In this document: positions 54,992-64,000 of the stretch, piece by piece
Position numbering within the stretch: position 1 is the first letter of the stretch
How the letters are laid out: each line of letters begins with the position of its first letter
Assembly: GCF_009914755.1 (NCBI RefSeq)
Contig: NC_060928.1
Length of the DNA stretch: 64,000 nt
Direction: 5' to 3' (one strand)
DNA from: the human T2T-CHM13v2.0 reference genome, Homo sapiens
The notes under the pieces: generated by a model
Databases searched by the model: none
What the model was told of the DNA's origin: nothing
What the model saw: the letters and a program-made list of their open reading frames with translations, nothing else
Made by a program: the position numbers and the translations under genes

Positions 54992-55056
54992 AGATAGATG
55001 GATAGATAGGTAGATAGACAGACAGACAGATAGATACATAGATAGAATAGATATAT
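54992..55056. repeat. Imperfect (GATA)/(GACA) tetranucleotide repeat
   Basis: Read directly. Confidence 0.85.
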
Positions 55057-56433
55057 AGGTATGCAATCTTTCTGTTTTTTACGGTATTTTGTATACAACA
55101 TATGATAGCCAAAAGTAACAAAAATATAACTTAATTTGGTGGGAAAAAAACATTTAATTTATAACAAAACACAGGACAAGAAACTGGCTGAGTAGATACT
55201 ATCAGAATCAATACATTTTAATTACCTGGAAAAAAATGGTTATTTCATGAAAATATTATTTTTTGTAGATGTTTATGCTTATCATGATTATAAATAATCA
55301 TAATCATATTATCTGTAAATAGTATTTTATTAGCTACACAAATATTGCCTCTCAGAATAATGTCATTTTAGTATAATGAAAGGAGGTATGCTAGAAATTT
55401 TATTTGTTCAATATTATTACTGTATTTATCTTCCTATTAGGAGAAAACATGTAATGTACTATACATCTGCCAAAAATGTTTATAATCTTTAAAAATTTTC
55501 TCCAGGTATGATTATCAGTAGATAGTATTATTTCATTCCTAGCAATACCTAAGAATGAAAATTTTCTGGTAAAATGAGAATAAGAATTGATTGCTATATA
55601 AACAGGCCATGTTTTGTAAACATTAAAACCACTCAAATACTAGTCATAGTGATTATTAGCAGAGTCAGTTCATAAAGAGTAAATGTATGATATATGCAGC
55701 TTTACTCTTAGAATCTATATACTGGCACTGCTGGTGCAATTCATTTCCTGAGATCATTTTAAAACTGCATTAGCAGAAAATCTCACCAAACTGTTTTCTA
55801 CATCATTTGAAGTGTAGTTTCCATAATTCTTCAGGAATGGAGAAAAGACTAACCTCTAAAGATGAAGTAATTTGATTCTGTCTCTTGACAGATATTCTTT
55901 AAAAATTAGGCTACTTTCAGCCATTCTATTGTGAGACTTCTATAAGAAATAATCAGATAGTGCTTTGGTTCCCAAGAAAATTTTTTTATATATTAGAAAT
56001 TATGTGTTTCTGATATATAACATATATATATATATACACACACACACATACATGTATATTTCTGATATATATGTTTATATATGTATCACATACCAGGATA
56101 TATGCCTTTGTGCTGGAGAGCATGTACTTGTATATATGTGTAAGGGTCTAGAAAATGCAATACTTTACAAAAGTTTTCAACAAACTGGGACATGTAATTA
56201 TGTAATATAAGTAAAATGGCAAGCACAATAATTTTCTTGATTAATAACAAGCAATATCCTGATATGTTTTTCAGAGCATCATCTTGTTAGTTCAATTCTA
56301 CGTGACATGTTTGTTTGTTTTTTTTTCTCACATTCCTCTTCCTCACCCAGACACTGACCTCATCCTTTGAGTAGCCACTGATACTGCTTTTTCTGGGAAT
56401 GAGCCAGCATCCTGCTTTTATCTCTTCACCAAA

Positions 56434-56831
56434 TACCTTGTGATTTTTTGTGCCACTACAACATATTACCTGAGCCTGGGTAATTTATAATAAGTGGACA
56501 TTGTATTTCTCACAGTTCTGGAAACTGAGCAGCCCAATGTCAAGATGTTGGCATCTGGTAAGGGCCTTATTGCTGCATCATCCTATGGCAGAAGGGCAAA
56601 AGAGCATGGGGTGTGGCGTGGGGTAAAGAAAGAGAGCAGAAATTATTACATTTTTAAAATCAGAAATTCACTCCCAAGACAACTAACCCATTCCTGTAAT
56701 AACAGCTTTAATTATGAGTGGAGAGTTCTTGTGACCTAATCACCTTTTAAAGGTACCACCTCTCAATTCTATTGCATTGGGGATTAAGTTTCCAACACAT
56801 GAACTTTGGGGGACACATTCAAACCATAGCA
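56434..56831 (-). mobile_element. MSTB/MSTC-type MaLR LTR
   Basis: CTGGGTAATTTATAA ... GGCATCTGGTAAGGGCCTT ... GGGGGACACATTCAAACCATAGCA. Confidence 0.85.
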
Positions 56832-57869
56832 CAAGTATACTCGTCATACTGAGACCCCCAAGCACTGGCCTATATAATAAGATATCCATTAGGCTTCCAG
56901 CATTAATAGTCTTTTCTCCCATGTTTTCTTTTCCACTGAAAAACTTAAGGTAACTTTGTCTAAGGCCTGGATTATTGTTACATATAGACAGTCTCAATAT
57001 TGAGAAGACAGTTTATAATTGACACAGCTTACTGAATTAAGCACTACTGGCTCCAAATAAGTATACATACTTACTTATGTAGACCAAAATATATCATGTA
57101 TTTACATCTATTTTCTTAGATGTTCGTGGACCAAACACAATGTGAGATGACGAATGGAGACCTCGATGCACTAGCAGGCTGTTGATCTTATTTTAGAGTT
57201 TATTTCTTAGAGATAAGAGGGAGAATTCATATTAGGTGATCTTGCATTCTCAAAACTCAGAGCGTCAGTTTTCCTTTTCTCAAGTACTTTACAAGTCTAC
57301 TGTCCTTTCTTTTCACACACCTTAAAAGTACTTCGGATAATATCTAAGACTACATGGTACATCTGTTTAATGAGTCACCACAATCTGTCATTGCCGGAAT
57401 ATTGTGATTTTCAAAAATATTCTGTGAGTGATTAACTAACCACATAGATATGTTTATAGATATCCACCACTAAAATGCAACTGTTTTGTTTTTTCACAAT
57501 TACTAGGTCAAAATGCAAAAATTTGACTTTCTAAAACTGAACATTCTTATTTATACTTTCTTTCAATTTCTTCTTAGAGGAAATATGTTAAAGACAAAGC
57601 AGTAGAAAGTAAAAAGTGCTGTATGGTGTACAGAACGTTTATGTTGTGAACAGTTGTTTAACCTAGTTAGAAATTAACAGCAGACAAAATCCAGTATACA
57701 CAATGTGACTCAGAACCAAATTGTCACATAACCAAGACAAAGGCATAACGGTACAACTTGGTGACTGATTCTAGCTTAGTTTACATAGTGACACACACAC
57801 TACACAAGTAGGCACATGTCCTGGTCAGGACAAAGGCCAAGGCAATCTTCAAATCTAGGTTATTACAGT

Positions 57870-58035
57870 AAAACAAAAAGAGAGAGAGAGACAGGGAAAA
57901 AGAAACAGAAAGAGAGGAGAGGAGAAGTGGGGAGGAGAGGGGAGGGGAAAGAACTGAAAGAGGAGGGGAAGGAAGGCAGGAGAGAGGGGAGAATTGAAGG
58001 GAAGGAGAGGTGTGTGAATGGGAGGGGAGGAGAGT
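57870..58035 (+). repeat. Polypurine (GA-rich) low-complexity tract
   Basis: About 160 bp almost entirely A/G. Confidence 0.85.
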
Positions 58036-58082
58036 GAAGTGGCCAGAGAGTTGCTACATATCTCCAATAAAGAATAAATATG

Positions 58083-58393
58083 GGCCAGGCACTGTGGCTC
58101 ATGCTTGTAATCCCAGCACTTTGGGAGGCTAAGGTGGGAAAATCAATTGAGGTCAGGAGTTTGAAACCAGCCCAGCCAATGTGACAAAACCCCATCTCTA
58201 CTAAAAATACAAATATTAGCTGGGCATGGTGGTGGGCACCTGTAATCCCAGCTACTCAGGAAGCTGAGATGCTAGAATTGCTTGAACCTCGGGCTGGGGG
58301 AGAGGTTGCAGTGAGCCGAGATTGTACCACTGTACTCCAGCCTGGGTGACAGAGTGAGACTCTGTCTCAAAAAAAAAAAAAAAAAAAAAAAAA
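58083..58393 (+). mobile_element. AluSx/Sz SINE
   Basis: Full dimer, long A-tail, TSD AAAGAATAAATATG(G). Confidence 0.95.
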
Positions 58394-58635
58394 AGAATAA
58401 ATATGGACAGGGCTCTTTCACTCCAGAAGAACCAGACATGTATCTATTTGCAGAATGTCCTAGAATTTAAAAGAGCACTATGGCTATCTGGGTCAGTTAT
58501 AGGAGAATTTGGAAACCTATGGACTTTCCTTGGGGACAAAAAAAAAAAAAAAAAAAAGCCCTCAGATTGCTGCCTGTCTGCAAAGTGGACTTAATCCACA
58601 ATGAAATAAGTATGAAAATGAGGGTGACCATTGAA

Positions 58636-58823
58636 CAAGGTCTGTACACTAAAGCCCATGGACCAGCTTCCTATTTTGATAAAGTTTTCTTGGAACATAG
58701 CCATACTCATTCACTTATGTATTGCCTAGGGCTACTTTTGAACTCCAGTGGCAGAGACTGGATGGCTTGCAAAGCCTAAAATATTTACTACCCAGTACTT
58801 TACAGAAAAAGTTTGCAAATCCA
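58636..58823 (+). mobile_element. MER58A hAT-Charlie MITE
   Basis: ATAAAGTTTTCTTGGAACATAGCCA ... GCAAAGCCTAAAATATTTACTA ... TTTACAGAAAAAGTTTGC. Confidence 0.85.
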
Positions 58824-59354
58824 CCACCTCATTCCCTATTGGGAAATGTTTATAGCAATTTGACTTGGCCATAACATCTAAGTATATGATCATGTGTCTA
58901 GTAATTTTCTTCTTGTATTTTACAAATTTATTGGTCCACAATTGATTGTCAGAGGGAAAAGGAAAAGAAAAGACTTTTCAACAAAGATATTTTAAGCAGT
59001 GCTGTTCTGCATTATATATATTTCAGGGCAGGGCAAATCTGTTCATAAAATTCATTTTATTTTAAGCGCACTGTTCTGATGCTTATTGCCTGACATTAAA
59101 TTAGATTCAAGGGATGAGTCAAACTTGTCCTCTGACTGGACTTGAACTTTTTCAACACTTCTTTTGCAATAACAGTTTGTTGTTATTGATTGCTATTGTG
59201 AAAGCAGGTTTTTTTGATACCAATATAATACTGTTGTACAGTAAATTTTCCTAGGTACATATTGTGTTTCAGTAAGACTCTAGCTCTTAAAGGGTGTCAT
59301 TGCAATACAAGTTTATAAAATTTGCATATAAATTATGTTTTTTAAGAATTAAAA

Positions 59355-59760
<406 letters not shown>

Positions 59761-59961
59761 GTATTTTGCTTTTTCTTATTATTAACAGTTTGATTTATCT
59801 GCAAACCTGCTTGTTTATAAAACAAAATCTGGATCATTTTTAGGAGAAAGTTAATGGCTTTCTCTAACTTTAAAACTTTAAGTAGCAATAGAAAATTATG
59901 AAATAGCATAAAACATTCTGGGTTACTTGATTGTGTGTTAACAGAGAAAATAGCTTGAAAT

Positions 59962-60288
<327 letters not shown>

Positions 60289-60289
60289 T

Positions 60290-60528
60290 TATGATAAAAC
60301 TGCATAGAATCACACATATGAACACACAAACACACAAGGTGCATGTAAAACATGAAATCTGTGTAAGCTCTGTAGATTGTATCAATGCTGATTTCCTAGT
60401 TTTGTACTACAGTTATGCAGGATGTTAATCATTGGGGGAAAATTAGTTAATAGTACACGAGATCTCCTTGTACCTTTTTTTAAATATTTCCTATGAAGCT
60501 ATCATTATTTTACAATAAAAAGCTAAAA
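60290..60528 (+). mobile_element. Ancient L1MC/ME 3'-end fragment
   Basis: GATTGTATCAATG..TTTCCTAGTTTTG..CAGTTATGCAGGATGTTA..CATTGGGGGAAA. Confidence 0.7.
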
Positions 60529-62359
60529 ATGTGCTAAATTTATTAAATTAAACTGTACTGTTTTAAGAAAGTTTAGTTATGAGCAGTTTATTACCAAAGA
60601 AAATAATTAGGTAATCTTTGAGAAAGAAAGCTAGTCAATAGCTTGCTTTCTTTAGGAATCTTAGTAATCTTGATAATCTTGCATTAGAATCATCGCTCGG
60701 CAATTTAACAAGATTTAAGGCTGACCAGAAGACAACGACTTTCTAACCTGTACTTGAAGTTTTTGTAATGAGACTGAGACTCATCTGTCATGGGTTCTTA
60801 AACTTGATTTGGAGAGTGGGCCAGGCTACTGGTTTGGCTCCTATATTCCTCTGAAAGGGATGAAACTGACTACCTAATTAATAGTCTACTTAAAGGATCA
60901 CGAGCATCTCAGGTCCCTGATGAGAATTAGTTACTATTAACCTACTTGCAGATAATCAAGAATTAATATTATTTTAGATTCAATTATGATTTCAGAAAAT
61001 ATATCACCTAACAATATACATCCACTATATTAGTAAATTATTTTATTTATTGAGATAATTGCTCTTTTTGGTAAGATAATATAAAATAGTTAAAAGAAAA
61101 TTATACTTAGAAAGAGCTGTAGTTTTAACTATGACTTTTGAAGTACAAGTTATGAAAACTAAGACCAAAACAGTTGGCCCCATGTAAGAAGTACAGAAAA
61201 GCTCTTCAGGACACCTTATTAATAATAATACAAAATCTTTAAAAGTCCACATAATCAGTTGAATAAGCTAATACCAAGAATTATACTAGATGAAACATAT
61301 AGCTAACTTAAAATGATATTTAAATATAATCATAGCTCTACAAAGATAATAACCAGCTGACAATTATGTAGCCATTAAGAAATAGATCATGGACCTTCAT
61401 ACCAAGCATGAAAAAATAAATTTCCTAGAAATGGAGAAAATATTTAAGCCAAAAGTGCTGAAGATTACAAAAAAACAAAAACAAAACAAAACCAAAACGT
61501 GGTAGTTTTGGAGGTCTGTTTAAAGAAGTTCACGTAGAAGTAGGGCAATGTCAAACTAATTTAAGAGAAGTCACATACATTTAGAAATGAAGCCATCTCA
61601 ATGACTATTTATATTCTCTAGAACATGAGAATTTTGCAATTTTATCTTCTGAATAGAGTTAAGGCATTGATTAAAATATCTAGAAATAAAAAATTTAAAA
61701 CAGCGGAATTTCTGTGAACAGACTTGTGATTTCAGATTTACATCTTTGTAAAACAAACATTAGTAATTTAACATTCTAAAAACCTATGAAGGTGACAAAA
61801 CATGTAATTTAGTTTTGAAGATGTTACCAATTTGTAACCTTATCAGTTAAGACATTTAGACTTGTATAAAAATCAAACTTTAAAAATAATTTGTTAGAGA
61901 AAACACTTTTTCTTCTTTATCTGTAGATCATAAACATTTCTATGTCAAAGATTCCATTCAAATTTAAGAAAACAATGGAGACTTTTTTGCAGATAAGATG
62001 AACCTACATACATTCATGCACACATAGCTTTTTATTCAACTTTTGAACAGGCTTGGACCACATAAAAACCATAATTGGTATTCTCCTTTTCCAAGTGTTA
62101 TGTTAAGAATACCCATCGAATGATATTTTTTCCTCTTAGTTAATAGTTACCGATTTTCTCTTAAAAAAATACCTTGTAAATTGAGAATGAGGAACATCAA
62201 CACTTGAACAAGGCAAAAAAAGTCATTATCCCCGAGGAGATTTCAAATTTGTAATTTCAGCCTGCAGACCTTTGCTGCATGATATTTTATTTCATCTATG
62301 TTCTATAAATTACTAAATCATTATTTTTAACAGATATTTTTGCTATGCCATTTTTACTA

Positions 62360-62835
62360 CATGTTCACTTATTGAGGCCCTAGTATTTATCAAGCACAAT
62401 TCAAGGATAAAAGAAACATGATAAGGATAGTTCCTGCTTTCATAGAGCATATATTTTAGAGGCAGAGAGAGACAATAAGCAATAAACAAATTTAAGAGAA
62501 TAATTACAGATATTTGCTGTGAAGGAAATTAAGCAAGGACATATGATAAGGAATAGCCAGAGGGGTCCTTAGAAAATGTGTTCAGGAAAGGCTTGTCTTA
62601 AAAGTGCCAAGTAAACTGAGATCTTTTAAGTAAGGACAAGTGGGATTCATCAAAAATGGGCAGAACATTTTAGGCAGTGGGAACTACAAGTGTGAAAGCC
62701 CTGGGTGTGAACAAATTCTGCATGCTCATGGAACAGGAGGAAACTTCCAATATGGCTGGAATGCAGTGATTAGTGTGTATAAAGTACAAGACAAAGTAAA
62801 TGAACAGGTGAGTTCAGCTCATGTCAGGCCTCATC
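62360..62835 (-). mobile_element. L2 fragment (appears to resume at ~63730-63800)
   Basis: TTATTGAG..., TCCTGCTTTCATAGAGC, TGCTGTGAAGGAAATTAAGCA, TCAGGAAAGGCTT. Confidence 0.75.
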
Positions 62836-62839
62836 ATCA

Positions 62840-63270
62840 TTTTTCAAAGAAGGCATCTACATGGCTAATAGGTATATTAAAAGGTGCTTGACATCACTAA
62901 TCATTAGGAAAATACAAACCAAAAACACCATGAGTTATCACCCCACACCTGTGAGAATGACTGTTATCAAAAAGATAAGCAATAATGAGTTGGCAACAAT
63001 GTGGAGAAGAGGGCTCTCTGGGATACTGTTGGCAGGAATGTAAATTGATACAGCCATTATGGAAAACATTATGGAGTTTCCTCAAAAAATTAAAAACAGA
63101 ACTACTGTATAATCCAGCAGATAAAAATCTGGGTAGATATGTAAAGGAAATGAAATCAGTATCTCAAATAAATAACCCATGTTCCCATGGTTTCATCGCA
63201 GAATTATTTACAATAGCCAAGGAATGAAACCAACCTATGTGCCTGTCAACAGATTGATGACTAAAACAAT

Positions 63271-63310
<40 letters not shown>

Positions 63311-63710
63311 TACAATGAAATATTATTTAGTCAAATAAAGAAGTAAATCCTGCCATTTGTGACAACATGGGTGGGCCTAGAGGACATGCTAAGTTAAGCC
63401 AGTCACAGAAACACAAATACTGTGTGATCTTACTGACATGTGGAATCCAAAACAGTCAAACACACAAAAGCAGAGAGTAAAACAGTGGTTTCCAGGGACT
63501 GCTGAGGGATGGGAGAAATGGTGCAATATTGGTCAAATGGTACTAATTTTCAGCTATATGTTGAACAAGTTCTTGGGTTCTTATATACAGTATGAGTAGT
63601 GATGTATTTGTTAATTAATTTGGTTATGATAATTATTACACAATGTATACATATCATCATATTGCACACCTTACACATATATAGTCTTTGTTAATTAATT
63701 GTTTTAATAT
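62840..63710 (+). mobile_element. L1MA9/MB-type 3' portion with an internal (TA)n
   Basis: ORF2 C-terminal peptides MANRYIKRCLTSLIIRKIQTK and CWQECKLIQPLWKTLWSFLKKLK, then 3'UTR; (TA)n ~63276-63304. Confidence 0.88.
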
Positions 63711-63960
63711 TAAATAGAAAAATGAACAATGAAAAAACACTGGAGAGTTTTTAAACAGAGGAATGAGTGTCATCTCATGTATTTAAAAAAATATAATTCC
63801 ACACATGATAGAAATTATAGAATTCTAGCTGATCTAAAAATCAGCATCTTTTCAGCCAGGTGTTTAATCCTGGATCAATGACCAGTGGCTAAGAGGTGAG
63901 TATCACTTGGTATGCCTTTTGTAAAATAGCAATTGTAAATAGATAATCTTAAAAGGTGTT

Positions 63961-64000
63961 TGTATTAATTGGGGTTCTGCAGAGAAAGACAACTAATAGC
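63961..64000 (-). mobile_element. Terminus of an MLT2-type LTR, cut by the window edge
   Basis: TGTATTAATTGGGGTTCTGCAGAGAAAGACAACTAATAG resembles the reverse complement of the MLT2 3' end. Confidence 0.6.

Overview
Primate (most likely human/great-ape) AT-rich, gene-poor genomic DNA, intergenic or deep intronic. I found no credible protein-coding exon, RNA gene, CpG island or CRISPR array. The supplied ORFs are short and mostly fall in repeats. Most of the window is interspersed repeat: a near full-length ~7.4 kb old L1 (L1MA-type 3' end), a 5'-intact but 3'-truncated L1PB-like copy, other L1/L2/MIR remnants, about 17 Alu/FLAM copies, MaLR/ERVL/ERV1 LTRs, a complete THE1D-like element, a truncated MER57 provirus with readable integrase and env-TM motifs, and hAT MITEs. 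Repeat subfamily names are from recalled consensus sequences, not a database search. The most unusual structure is at ~30,054-31,368: a ~1 kb self-complementary AT-rich array bracketed by two ~95%-identical copies of nearby DNA, one taken from 1,676 bp upstream and one from 999 bp downstream. It reads as a fossil multi-step template-switch repair event. I cannot support a claim of a new gene or protein system here.
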